From an uncultured Bacteroidales bacterium (GTDB taxonomy: Bacteria > Bacteroidota > Bacteroidia > Bacteroidales > VadinHA17): a stretch of 64,000 nucleotides of DNA. The stretch covers positions 98,342 through 162,341 of the forward strand of contig CAWFRW010000009.1 of NCBI GenBank assembly GCA_963818295.1. The letters run 5' to 3'. Made by a program: the position numbers and the translations under genes. Numbering within the stretch: the stretch's first letter is position 1; each line of letters opens with the position of its first letter. The notes under the pieces were generated by a model. That model searched no databases and was not told where the DNA came from. It saw only the letters and a program-made list of their open reading frames with translations. Below are positions 23,454 to 34,075 of this stretch, in pieces.

Positions 23454-24538
23454 TTATTTAGTTAAATCGTTATACGCTGCCTCCATAAGCAGGAAACAAG
23501 CCTGTCCTTCGGTGGCTGTTCCTGAATGGTCAAAGTTTGGTGCTCCGCAGACGCCCTGTACAATGCCGAAGGCGATCAACTTTTTTATGAGCGGCTTTTC
23601 TCATCCTCTCTGCATATTTCAGATAAGATTTGTCAAGCCATCCCCCTTTTACACCCCTGAAAATTGCATAGGCAAACATCTGAGCTGAGTTGGTATCAAC
23701 AAAGGTTGAGGGATCGTCGAGGATATCGTTAAAAAGACCATCAGCACGCTGATATTTGAGGACGGCATCAAGTAGTTCCCTTATGTATCCGGTGATCTGA
23801 TTTTTCTCTTCTGTCATTGTTTCAGGAAGAGCATCGGACTACCCGTGTCATTCCTGCAGCTGCCCATCCATTGCCTACACCCCAGAATAACTTGCGTTCG
23901 AATCTGAGACGATCCTGATCCCAGATATGATAGTATAGTTTTTTTTCAGGATCGAGCAAAATTTTCCTGTAGCCCTTTAGTTGTTTAACAGCCTCTTCAC
24001 TATGTCCGGCAACAGCCAGAAATGGAGGCAGCATATAAAATGCGTCCACCCAGATCATATTCTCGATGTAGTTATGATAAATTATTCCCTCTGAGGTTCC
24101 GGGTGCTTTATAGAGAATAAAATCAAGCATCTTCATGGCTGCTTTTTGAAGTGCAGGGTCGCCTGTAAGTTTTGCAGCAAGCAGAACAGCTTCTCCGTTA
24201 GAGGCAGGATCTGCAACCGGCTTGTCTCCTTCATTCAATCCCAGCCGCCCATCTTTTTTCTGATTCACAACCGCATCTTTTGCAAGCAGGATCATCAGGT
24301 CCGTCTCCCCCAGCTCCAGAAGCGACTGAGCCGCTACCCCCTGTTCCCATGCTCTTCTCTGCATTGAAAGCATTGCATTTATAACCTTTTTAATCGTATC
24401 ACCTTTTGTGTTAATACTGACACCCTGCTTTGAAATATTTGTATCAGAACCTCTCAGTTCATACTGGCTGATAAAAGGCAGCATACTAAGGCTGGCAATT
24501 ATGAAGAGAGATTTTATAAACCTTGTATTTTGTGTCAT
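23454..24538 (-). pseudogene. GH88/GH105-like unsaturated glycuronyl hydrolase, 2 frameshifts
   Basis: Signal peptide and (alpha/alpha)6-type sequence with the family-typical FWGVGNGWAAAGMTRV. It continues in ORF 23530..23817. The tail is ..FGIVQGVCGAPNFDHSGTATEGQACFLLMEAAYNDLTK. The stop is 1 nt before the next gene's start. Confidence 0.72.
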
Positions 24539-24781
24539 TTGATAAATTTTTCAGGTAACAGATTGAAATATAAATATAATCTTTTTCGCAATATAAGTTA
24601 GCAGGCTCTTTCACAGTCTTGGTTAGAGATCGAAGCATTAAAACAGCAATGCTTTAATACTTAAATGACTACAATCATATTACAATGGTGAATTTTTATT
24701 GGAGTTGACCTGATACACCAATCAGATATTATTATATATATTTAAAACCTCGTTGGAGAATGTTATGTTAATAAAATATAT

Positions 24782-26507
24782 ATGAATAAATTAAAGGTTA
24801 TAATACCGGTTATTATTCTTTCTTTAATAGGTGCGATTATAGTATTCGTCTTTGTAAGAAAAAAGGAAGGCACAGCAGAATTTTCAATAAGGTATCCCTT
24901 TAACAATGCGCTTTTCCCTCCTGAATTTCCTTCACCGACATTTGAATGGAATAGTAAAATAAAGGATTCCGCACCATGGGAAATATCCCTTGTTACCCGA
25001 AATAAAAAATATTCGATTCAGACAACAACCACAGCGATGCGCTGGACCCCTGAGGAATCAAAGTGGGATAGTCTGAAGAGGCTTTCAGATTTTGGAGGAA
25101 TATATTTCACCCTGAAAAAATCAGGAGTTGACGAGCAACAAAGGAAAATAACTTTCAGCATCAGTCATGATACTGTCGGAGCGCCGATTTTATACAGGCA
25201 GATGCCTATACCCTTCCTTATTGCCGAAAGAACTCTTGATTCGATGAACTATATGCTTATCAATTTAGGCAGCACTAAAAAACCTCATGTTGCAATGAGC
25301 GGATTCACTGTTTGCGGCAACTGTCACTCATTCAGTGCAGACGGCGATGCTATTGGTCTCGACCTTGATGCGGGCCTTCGTGATAAGGGAGGGTATTTCA
25401 TCTCACCAATAAAGGATACAATATTGTTTGATCAGGCCAACTATATGTCGTGGTCGAAAATCGAGAAAAGAAGAACTTTTGGTTTGTTTTCGAAAATGTC
25501 GCCTGACGGACGTTATATAGTTACGACGGTTAAGGACCGGGTGGTTATGAAGAATTTCCCGATCAACCCGGTCGAAAACATTATTTTTTCGCAGCTTTTC
25601 TTCCCGGTAAATGGTCATCTGGCAGTTTATGACCGGCAGACAAATATTCTTAAGGAGCTGCCAGGGGCTAACTCTGAGGAATATGTTCAGAGCAATGCTA
25701 TCTGGACGCCGGACGGGAAAAGCATTATTTTCTCGAGGGCCGAAGCATTACCGAGAGACTCCAATATTTATGAGATAAATGTTCAGGATGAAGATCTTAT
25801 AAATAAATATGTTAAAAGGGAAAAGACTCTGAAATATAATCTATGCATTATCCCTTTTAATGATGGAAACGGGGGAGTGGCTGTTCCTATAAAAGGGGCA
25901 TCGGACAACGGCAAAAGCAATTACTTTCCGGCAGTATCACCTGATGGCAAATGGCTTGTATTTTGTCAGGCAGAGAATTTTATGCTCCTGATGCCCGACA
26001 GCAGACTGTATATTGTACCGGTAAGTGGAGGCAAGGCGAGGATGTTACACAGCAATTTATATTCAATGAATTCCTGGCATGCATGGTCTCCGAACAGCAA
26101 ATGGCTTGTTTTTGCCTCTAAAGGGATGAGTCTCTATACAGATATGTTTCTCACGCATATCGACGAAAATGGGAATGATGGAATTCCCGTACTTGTTGAA
26201 AAAGCAAGGGTGCCCTACAGGGTTATAAACTATCCTGAATTCCTTAACAGGAAGCCGGGAGACACATTTATTATGGAGTACGATTATGTGGAACTTGCTC
26301 ATATTAAGAGAGCGATCAAAAGTAAGGATATTGAAAAGGCAAAAACACTTTTCCATAAGCTCGAGGCACAGCAGCCATTCTTCTTTGCAGAGGATTGTAC
26401 TGGAACTGAGCGATATGCTTAAAACAATGGGCATGAATGAAGAATCAGAGAAATATGCTGAACAGGCAAAACATACTATCAATTCAAATCTCTTCAACAA
26501 ACAGTAA
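24782..26507 (+). pseudogene. Membrane-anchored TolB/PD40-like beta-propeller protein with a single CXXCH motif, one frameshift near the C-terminus
   Basis: N-terminal TM helix (VIIPVIILSLIGAIIVFVFV). CGNCHS lies in SGFTVCGNCHSFSADG. PD40-like repeats are present (SPDGRYIV, WTPDGKSIIF, VSPDGKWLVF, WSPNSKWLVF). The tail switches frame near 26395 and ends at 26507. Confidence 0.6.
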
Positions 26508-26556
26508 ATATTTTAAAGATAATAATAAATTATTTAATTTTCCTGTTTAAAAAGCC

Positions 26557-27442
26557 CATGCCGGATAAGGAAAGGATATTGAGCCTTGATCTTATGTACA
26601 ATGATATACCTATGCCATTTGTCATTAAAAGGATTGATGGTCATTGACAGTATAACATCTGGGTATCGAAGCCAGATCCTCACAGGCATAATTATTATTC
26701 AATAATTTGGCCTTTCAGCGGTGCGGGCAAACATATAATTGACTTCAGGGAATACTCGCTGAGGCAGATCATATTTTTTTTGTCAGCCCTTATCAGGTTC
26801 ATCAGGTAATAGATCGCTTCTCCCTTTCCGGTTATGTTATACTCTTTACATCTGAATTCCTTGACCGGAACAGTATCAGGAATGATTTTATATCTAATCT
26901 TAAATTATTCAGGAGCAGCGATGAGACGCCACCTCTTCCTGTTGACGGTGAAACAGCTGAAAAATTGAGATTATTTGCTGATAGTATGATGAATGCTTTC
27001 AAGGGTCAGAAAGATTTGTTTCTTGAAACTATCGGGGCATACCTGAAACTCTTTCTGATTGAATGCAACGGACAATGTTCGTTATCTCCGGGTTCCAATC
27101 TCCAGGACATTGAAGTAAGCAAAACGCTTGTTAAGAATTTCAAGGACCTTGTTGAAAGGCAATATTCCAAGAAGCCACCAGGTCAAGGATTATGCAGAAA
27201 TCCTTAATGTGACTCCAAACTATCTGAATGAAGTTATAAGGACCTCGATCAATATTCCGGCAAAGGAATTCATTCAGAACCGGCTGATTCTTGAAGCGAA
27301 AAGGATGGTGGTCTTTACAGATAAAAGTTCGAAGGAGATAGGGTTTGAACTTGGTTTTGATGACCCTTCGCATTTCAGCAAGTTTTTCAAAAGCAATGCC
27401 GGACAATCTCTTCAGGAATTCAGGGAAAGTCTTGATTTATAG
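26557..27442 (+). pseudogene. AraC family transcriptional regulator, at least 3 frameshifts
   Basis: ORF 27128..27442 is an AraC-type HTH (YAEILNVTPNYLNEVIRTS..GFDDPSHFSKFFK). The N-terminal cupin-like part (..PHRHNYYSIIW..) is spread over several frames starting from the ATG at 26557. Confidence 0.72.
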
Positions 27443-27545
27443 TCGATAGTTTTCTGTTCACTGACACATGCTGTTTTTGACAACTTCCCTTGATTTTTAC
27501 CATTGATTCCGTGATTTTTCCATTTTCTGCCATTTCCGGCTGCTT

Positions 27546-27553
27546 TATCTTTG
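27546..27553 (+). promoter_or_regulatory. Candidate -7 box (TATCTTTG)
   Basis: It matches TAnnTTTG and lies 32 nt upstream of the YceI-like ATG at 27585. Confidence 0.35.
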
Positions 27554-27584
27554 TAGCCATAAAATAAACTTAAAATTTAGAACA

Positions 27585-28127
27585 ATGAACAGTTCAGAAA
27601 AAACAAAATGGGCAATTGACCCGTCACACAGTGAAGTATCATTTAAGGTAAAACACCTTATGATTACAAATGTAAAAGGTGTCTTCAAGGATTTTAGCGC
27701 AAGCGTTACTACTACAAGTGGAAATTTCACAACTTCAGATATTGAATTCTCATTAAACCCGGCATCGGTTGACACAGGGGCACCGGATCGTGATACACAT
27801 TTGAAGAGTGCAGATTTCTTTGATGTTGAAAATTTCAGCAGGCTAAGCTTTTCCGGGAAAGAAGCTGAAAAAGCCACTGATGGAAATTATGTATTGGTTG
27901 GCGACCTCACTATAAAAGACGTTACCAAACCTGTAAAACTTAATGTGGAATTTGCCGGTGTGATGAAAGATCCCTGGGGAAATGAGAAAGCAGGTTATAC
28001 ACTCACCGGGAAAATAAACAGGAAGGATTGGGGATTGCACTGGAATGCTGCCCTTGAAGCCGGAGGTGTACTGGTAAGTGATGATGTATCGATAACATGT
28101 GATATACAATTAGTAAAACAAGCATGA
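27585..28127 (+). CDS. YceI family polyisoprenoid-binding protein
   Basis: Intact 180 aa ORF. WAIDPSHSEVSFKVKHLMITNVKGVFK and RDTHLKSADFFD are typical of YceI. Confidence 0.9.
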   Translation: MNSSEKTKWAIDPSHSEVSFKVKHLMITNVKGVFKDFSASVTTTSGNFTTSDIEFSLNPASVDTGAPDRDTHLKSADFFDVENFSRLSFSGKEAEKATDGNYVLVGDLTIKDVTKPVKLNVEFAGVMKDPWGNEKAGYTLTGKINRKDWGLHWNAALEAGGVLVSDDVSITCDIQLVKQA

Positions 28128-28178
28128 TCCTAATAAGCGGTATGCTGCTTATTCAGGAGAATGCATAAAATAGAAATC

Positions 28179-28897
28179 ATGGCAAACACAGTTCTACACA
28201 AGGCAGATAGCCGTGGTTATGCCGAACCACGGCTGGCTGCTTAGCAGACATACTTTCAGCTTTGCAAATTATTATAATCCCGACAGGATGCATTTTGGTG
28301 CCCTGAGGGTGCTGAATGACGATATTGTTGAGGCAGGTAAGGGCTTTGGAACACATCCGCATGATAATATGGAGATCATTTCCATTCCGCTTGAAGGTGA
28401 CCTTGAACACAAGGACAGCATGGGAAATGTTTCGGTTATCAGGCATGGAGATATACAGGTTATGAGTGCCGGAACAGGCATATTTCACAGTGAATTCAAT
28501 AAAAACCAGGATCAGGAGGTTAAATTTCTGCAGATCTGGGTTTTTCCGAATAAAAAGAATGTTACTCCCCGCTATGGTCAGATCAGCTTAAATATCAGCG
28601 ACCGTCATAATAAACTTCAGCAGATACTTTCTCCTGATGCAGGTGATGAAGGACGTCTGGATCTATCAGAATGCCTGGTTCAATATCGGCAGGTTTGACA
28701 AAGGCTTTAATACCGTATACCCTCTCAGGGCAAAAGGGAACGGGGTTTATGCATTTATTTTAAATGGTGATGTAACAATTAACGGTCAGGCACTTAAAAC
28801 CCGTGATGGATTTGGGATCTGGGATACTGAAAAGCTTTCAATCGGTGCAGATACCGATTCCGAATTCCTTTTGATGGAAGTGCCAATGGTATTTTAA
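28179..28897 (+). pseudogene. Pirin family protein (YhhW-like), 2 frameshifts
   Basis: MANTVLHKADSRGYAE.. runs into HGWLLSRHTFSFANYYNPDRMHFGALRVLNDD and HPHDNMEIISIPLEGDLEHKDSMGN. The C-terminal cupin is in ORF 28637..28897. Confidence 0.88.
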
Positions 28898-28914
28898 ATA
28901 AATTCTGTTTTAAA

Positions 28915-28971
28915 CACGAAGGACACAAAGGATCGCACAAAGGTACCCAAAGGACTTTTACCTGACAAAGG
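28915..28971. repeat. Post-gene direct array of five CAC(G/A)AAGG-type octamers (locus B)
   Basis: The copies are CACGAAGG at 28915, CACAAAGG at 28924, CACAAAGG at 28936, CCCAAAGG at 28946 and GACAAAGG at 28964. The array begins 18 nt after the pirin stop. Confidence 0.5.
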
Positions 28972-29037
28972 GGATTATAACTATGGTATAATATTTGAGG
29001 TTCTGATCTGAATCCTGATCTTTTAACTTTTAATACA

Positions 29038-29460
29038 ATGAGGTATCTTACTTTCTTTCTCGCCCTCCTTTTCTTTTCATGTACAAAATCAGGAGAGAAT
29101 GCCGATCTTTCAGCAAATCTTTCCAAATGGAATAAGCAGAATATAAGCAACTACGAGTTTACGCTCACAGTGAATTGTTTCTGTTCCGAGGCGGTCGCAG
29201 GACCTCATCTGATAAAGGTAGTTGATGATACAATAGCATCGGTGAATGATCAGCCATACAATCCTTCGACAATGAGCCTGTTAATGACAATTGATGAACT
29301 TTTCACCTATGTCAGAAAAGGAATTGAGAGAGATCCGTATCAGAAGAGCATAACCTATAATTATCTGTATGGTTACCCTGAATCTGTCTATTTCGATTTT
29401 GAAAAGACAATGGCTGATGAAGAGATAGGATACCAGATCAGCGGTTTTAAAAAGAATTAA
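29038..29460 (+). CDS. Small hypothetical lipoprotein
   Basis: 140 aa, with the lipobox MRYLTFFLALLFFSCTKS. It may belong to a DUF6174-like family (recalled, not verified). Confidence 0.55.
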   Translation: MRYLTFFLALLFFSCTKSGENADLSANLSKWNKQNISNYEFTLTVNCFCSEAVAGPHLIKVVDDTIASVNDQPYNPSTMSLLMTIDELFTYVRKGIERDPYQKSITYNYLYGYPESVYFDFEKTMADEEIGYQISGFKKN

Positions 29461-29504
29461 TTTCAGCAGATCAAAAGGTGGCGATTACTTCAAGGTTTAA
29501 GCAC

Positions 29505-30330
29505 TCATAATGTTGTAATTTCCACCCTTTTTATAAAGAGTTCAGCACCCTCTGACTGGATCTGAATTTTCCCTTTCCTGGGTTGTGAATCAATGGCATG
29601 GTTCACGAGAGTTCCATTCAGAAAGATCTGTATATTTCCGTCCTTTACAATGCATTCGATCGTATTCCATTCTCCTACAGGTTTTTCTGCATCCTTTGCT
29701 CCGCGGAACCCTTTGGTATCTTTCCATTCAGGATCACGGCCAAACCAGTTGATCCTGCCTTCGTTGATTGTTGCCGGATTCCCTTCAGGTTTATAAATAA
29801 AAGAATCACCCTGTTTCTCCGTGGCAACCGGACAGGTCAGAGAGAAATTTTTGCTGCCGTCGCCAACAACTATGAAATCACCTGTACCTCCTTCAATCAT
29901 TTGACATTCAAGAGAATTCATCCAGGTTCCTCCAACAGCTCCATCTTCGCCTATTGACTGCAGCAGGATACCGCTGTCCCTGTGCTTTATCGATCCTTGG
30001 TGCCCATGTAAGCTCGCCCCACTTGAATTCGACTGTCAGTTTATAGTTCTGAAATTCATCATTTGTAGTTATGCATCCGAACTCCTGTCCCGAGATGCGG
30101 ATCAGGCGATTCTGAACTGTAAATACTTTATCCGGGTCACTGTTTTTTCCTTTATCCTTAATGTAAGTGTACCAGCCGTCAAGATTTTTACCGTTGAATA
30201 ACTCCATTTTTTTCTTCCTGCTATTGTTTTTTTCAGAAGCTGAGGATCCTGCGAACCGTGTGAATCCTGTTCCCGTAATTACAGAAATTGAAATTACAAG
30301 TATAAGGGCAGTAAGATTCTTTTTTCTCAT
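29505..30330 (-). pseudogene. DUF1080 (3-keto-disaccharide hydrolase-like) secreted protein, one frameshift
   Basis: ..LFNGKNLDGWYTY..FTVQNRLIRISG..EFQNYKLTVEFKW.. is in ORF 29908..30330. ..IEGGTGDFIVVG..GKIQIQSEGAELFIKRVEI is in ORF 29505..29921. Confidence 0.8.
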
Positions 30331-30416
30331 ATGTGGATGTTTTTTGTGCTTTGAATAAGTTGTGCCGGGCGATAAAGTTATGATTTTACAAGGATTATAT
30401 GCAGAAATATATTTTT

Positions 30417-31946
30417 CTATTCCAGGGATGGATCATTATATATGTTTACCTGTTTGCTTCTCAGGTAATCTGACATTTTTACAGCTGCTTCCCTGAAGCT
30501 TTCCCAGTCACGATTTTCCGGCAGGGTCCATGCAGTTTCTGCAAGACCAAAAATGCGTGGGAAGAGTTGTTTGTCAATATTGTTTTCACTTCTGTCGATA
30601 TGCGACCAGAAATTAGCCTGAATACCGATATAATTTTTTGCGGCTTCAGGTGAGGCATCCGCAGGCACCGGCTCATATCCGAACACTTTCCTTGTATCAA
30701 TCTTTTCATAATCATAGTCGAAGTAACAATGGGTGGTGGGGCTTGCAACGATCTTAAAGCCTTTTGATGCTGCCTTACTGATACTGTCCGATTTCCAACC
30801 TCTCCAGAACATAAGAACTTCATCCCCTTTTAATTTACCGCCGTCATATATTTCATCCCACCCGATCAGGACCCTGTTTTTGCTTCTGAGGTGTTCACCG
30901 ATCTTTTTCACAAAATAGCTCTGCAGCTCCTCTTCATTAGCGAGGTTATTATCCTTCATTGTTTTCTGACAGATGCTGCACTTCTTCCATTCCTCCTTCG
31001 GAGCTTCATCACCTCCGATATGAATATATTCTGACGGGAAAAGTGAAATCAGTTCATCAAGCACATTGAATATAAATTGGTAGACTTCCGGCTTTCCGGC
31101 GCAAAAGATTTCATTGTGTACGCTGGGCCCTTCGAAAAATGTATGGATCTCAGGTCTTATACCGGAACAGGAGAGCCATGGATAAGCAGCCAGTGCTGCG
31201 CAGGCATGTCCGGGCAATTCGATTTCAGGCACCAGCGTCACATTCCTGACCCGGGCATATCTGACCAGATCACGGATCTCATCCTGTGAATAATAACCGC
31301 CCATTGTATTGTACTTTGCGTCAAACTTCGATCCTACAGCTGTCAGAAGGGGATAACGCTTGATCTCTATACGCCAGCCCTGGTCATCTGTCAGATGCAG
31401 GTGAACGACATTAAGCTTGTACTCCGAAAAAAGATCTATATAACGCTTAACCAGGTTCACAGGCATGAAAGTCCGGCTCACATCGAGCATAACTCCTCGC
31501 CATGTAAAACGGGGTGAATCTTTTATTGACTGTGCCTGTATGGCCCCTTTAACTGATAATCCCACTAACTGGCGGAGTGTCTGAAGGCCATAGAATATAC
31601 CGGCTTCAGCTGAAGCCTTAACTTCAATTTTCGTGGAAGAAATATTCAGCTCATATCCCTCCTTATCCGGAATGCTCTTATCAATCGAAAGCAAAATATT
31701 GCCTGTGGATTCACCTTTCACATTGACGGAAAGCTTCTTATCCAGAATATCTGCGGTGCTGGCGGCAAATAATTCCGCAGCGGTTCTGAGAGGCTCGGGA
31801 GCAACAATAATTGTTGTGGGTTTTATTTCAAACTGACCCGAAAATTGCTGAACACTTTGCGGTGACGGGATAATACCAGAACTCTGCGACTCGGAGGTGT
31901 AAGGGATAAGACTTAAAATTAATGTTAAGAAAAACAATCTTTTCAT
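30417..31946 (-). CDS. GH20 beta-N-acetylhexosaminidase (copy 2)
   Basis: Intact 509 aa ORF with a signal peptide. Motifs: HLHLTDDQGWRIEIKRYP, EIELPGHACAA, HIGGDEAP. Confidence 0.92.
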   Translation of the reverse strand: MKRLFFLTLILSLIPYTSESQSSGIIPSPQSVQQFSGQFEIKPTTIIVAPEPLRTAAELFAASTADILDKKLSVNVKGESTGNILLSIDKSIPDKEGYELNISSTKIEVKASAEAGIFYGLQTLRQLVGLSVKGAIQAQSIKDSPRFTWRGVMLDVSRTFMPVNLVKRYIDLFSEYKLNVVHLHLTDDQGWRIEIKRYPLLTAVGSKFDAKYNTMGGYYSQDEIRDLVRYARVRNVTLVPEIELPGHACAALAAYPWLSCSGIRPEIHTFFEGPSVHNEIFCAGKPEVYQFIFNVLDELISLFPSEYIHIGGDEAPKEEWKKCSICQKTMKDNNLANEEELQSYFVKKIGEHLRSKNRVLIGWDEIYDGGKLKGDEVLMFWRGWKSDSISKAASKGFKIVASPTTHCYFDYDYEKIDTRKVFGYEPVPADASPEAAKNYIGIQANFWSHIDRSENNIDKQLFPRIFGLAETAWTLPENRDWESFREAAVKMSDYLRSKQVNIYNDPSLE

Positions 31947-31974
31947 ATGAGTTGTATAATAGTCCTGATTTTAG

Positions 31975-31991
31975 AGATCCTGTTTGGATCT
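31975..31991. promoter_or_regulatory. Inverted repeat AGATCC-n5-GGATCT in the divergent GH20/GH97 intergenic region
   Basis: It is seen in the 108-bp region between the starts at 31946 (-) and 32055 (+). A possible operator, but the arms are short. Confidence 0.2.
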
Positions 31992-32054
31992 GACTGAGTA
32001 ATTATCTGTCATTATAAATAGTAAATTGCATGAATATAATAATTATTTCTTATT

Positions 32055-34010
32055 ATGAAAAAACCTCTCCTTCTAACGATTGGGATATTCTCAGCCCTGC
32101 TGATGCATGGCCAGAAATTTGAGCTAAGCTCGCCGGACGGTAAACTCAAAACGGCAATTGTCATTAATAAGGGTATTGATGTAACTCTGGATAAAGGAGG
32201 TAAAACCCTTATTAAATTCGGGAATATCTCCCTTGAAACTGACAATAAAGTTCTTGAGGGAAAGGAATTCAAAGTTCAAAAAGCAATCCGCAGCTCGGAA
32301 GACGAAGTCATCAAACCACAGATAAGGGAGAGGGCTGAAGAATATTTAAATGCTTACAATGGACTTGAAATAAAGTTTAAATCCGGTCTTTCAATAACCT
32401 TCAGGCTGTTCAACGAAGGCCTGGCCTACAGGTTATCCACATCATTTAAAGACAGTCTGACGATATACCGTGAGAATCTGAATATAAGTTTTGAAGCTGA
32501 TGATTCTGCAAGGTTTCAGTCCTCTGCGTCATTTAATTCCTCATGGGAAACGCCGTATGAACATATGGCAGCAGCAGGAATTGAAAACGGGAAGCTTTGC
32601 AACATGCCCTTCCTGGTGGAGAAGAGCGATGGTCATTTTGTTATGATTACTGAAGCCGACCTGTATAACTATCCGGGGTTATGGTTAAAGGGTACCGGTC
32701 ATGACCTGATCACCGGCACTAATCCGTCCTGGCCGGACAAGCTCAGTCATACAGGAAGTATCTTTGATCAGTGTCAGGTTGTCTCAACCCGCAATTACAT
32801 AGCAAGGGTTAAGGGCGCCCGTACCTATCCATGGCGCATCTTTGCCGTTGCAGATAACGAAAAAGAGCTGATTGCTAACAACATGGTCTATCTTCTTGCC
32901 TCGCCTTCTGTTCTTAGTGATGTATCCTGGATAAAGCCAGGTGTTGTAATGTTCGACTGGTGGGCTAAAAGCAATATTTACGGAGTTGATTTCAAAGCCG
33001 GGATAAATACTGAAACTGCAAAATACTTTATCGATTTCTGTGCTGAACATGGCTTCAGATATTTCCTCTTTGATGACGGGTGGTGCCCCGAGGAAGACCT
33101 TCTGCATCCGAAGCCGGGTTTGAATATGGCTGAGGTTACGGCGTATGCTGAATCCAAAGGGGTGGATGTCATGCTCTGGATACTGTGGCACTCTCTTCAG
33201 AAGCAATGGGATCCGGCATTTGAGCAGTTCAGGAAATGGGGGATCAAAGGGATAAAAATAGATTTTATGAATCGTGATGATCAGCCAATGGTTGAATTTT
33301 ATGAAGCTGCAGCAAGGAAGGCGGCAGAAGATAAGATGATAGTTGATTTTCATGGTGCATACAAGCCCTGCGGTCTGAGCAGGAAATACCCAAATGTGCT
33401 TACCCGTGAAGCACTTATAGAATTTGAATATAACGGCTGGACTCAGTTTGACACACCGGTTCACCATAATCTACTGCCATATATCCGGATGTTCAGCGGT
33501 GCTATGGATTATATCCCGGCTACAATGAGGAATTCAACGAAGGACAATTTCAGGCCTGTCGGCGATTATCCCATGGGTCAGGGCACAAGAGCGCATGCCA
33601 TTGCATTGTGGGTTGTCCTTAGCAGTCCGCTTACAATGCTACCTGATTCACCATCAGATTATTACCGTGAAAAGGAATGCACAGAATTTCTGAAGAAAAT
33701 ACCTGTCGTATGGGATGAGACAAAACTGCTGGAAGGCAGGATTGCCCGATATACCGTTATGGCACGAAGATCGGGAAGTGAGTGGTATATCGGGGCGATC
33801 ACTGACTGGGACAAGCGGACAATAGATCTTGAAACAGGTTTCCTGTCACCCGGCAAATACAGGCTTGAGGCTATTGAGGACGGGATAAATGCAAATGCAA
33901 GGGCTGAGGATTACAAAAAGGTTGAGATCTCATTTCAGGCGGGTGATGTTCTGAAGCTCAGCCTGGCTTCAGGAGGCGGATGGGTTGCACATATTTATCC
34001 TGTGAGATAA
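32055..34010 (+). CDS. GH97 family glycoside hydrolase (alpha-glucosidase/alpha-galactosidase type)
   Basis: Intact 651 aa ORF with a signal peptide. The central block WGIKGIKIDFMNRDDQPMVEFYE..MIVDFHGAYKP..YPNVLTREA is as I recall for SusB-like GH97. Confidence 0.88.
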   Translation: MKKPLLLTIGIFSALLMHGQKFELSSPDGKLKTAIVINKGIDVTLDKGGKTLIKFGNISLETDNKVLEGKEFKVQKAIRSSEDEVIKPQIRERAEEYLNAYNGLEIKFKSGLSITFRLFNEGLAYRLSTSFKDSLTIYRENLNISFEADDSARFQSSASFNSSWETPYEHMAAAGIENGKLCNMPFLVEKSDGHFVMITEADLYNYPGLWLKGTGHDLITGTNPSWPDKLSHTGSIFDQCQVVSTRNYIARVKGARTYPWRIFAVADNEKELIANNMVYLLASPSVLSDVSWIKPGVVMFDWWAKSNIYGVDFKAGINTETAKYFIDFCAEHGFRYFLFDDGWCPEEDLLHPKPGLNMAEVTAYAESKGVDVMLWILWHSLQKQWDPAFEQFRKWGIKGIKIDFMNRDDQPMVEFYEAAARKAAEDKMIVDFHGAYKPCGLSRKYPNVLTREALIEFEYNGWTQFDTPVHHNLLPYIRMFSGAMDYIPATMRNSTKDNFRPVGDYPMGQGTRAHAIALWVVLSSPLTMLPDSPSDYYREKECTEFLKKIPVVWDETKLLEGRIARYTVMARRSGSEWYIGAITDWDKRTIDLETGFLSPGKYRLEAIEDGINANARAEDYKKVEISFQAGDVLKLSLASGGGWVAHIYPVR

Positions 34011-34075
34011 ATCATAATCTGAGAAAATATTTTATATTAATTTTCTCCACCATACTCGTATAAAGTATTATCATA

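Noticed and set aside
22118-24635. Shared 12-mer GAGATCGAAGCA at 22118-29 and 24624-35
   Set aside because: In 64 kb on both strands, many exact 12-mer coincidences are expected by chance. There is no extended similarity around the match.
32784-33467. Long antisense ORFs inside well-supported genes (32784..33467, 26063..26500, 48468..48899, 4458..4808, 5090..5452, 38213..38563 and similar)
   Set aside because: They lie opposite genes with clear family signatures, have low-complexity or Cys/Phe/Ile-rich composition and no recognisable motifs. They are typical shadow ORFs.
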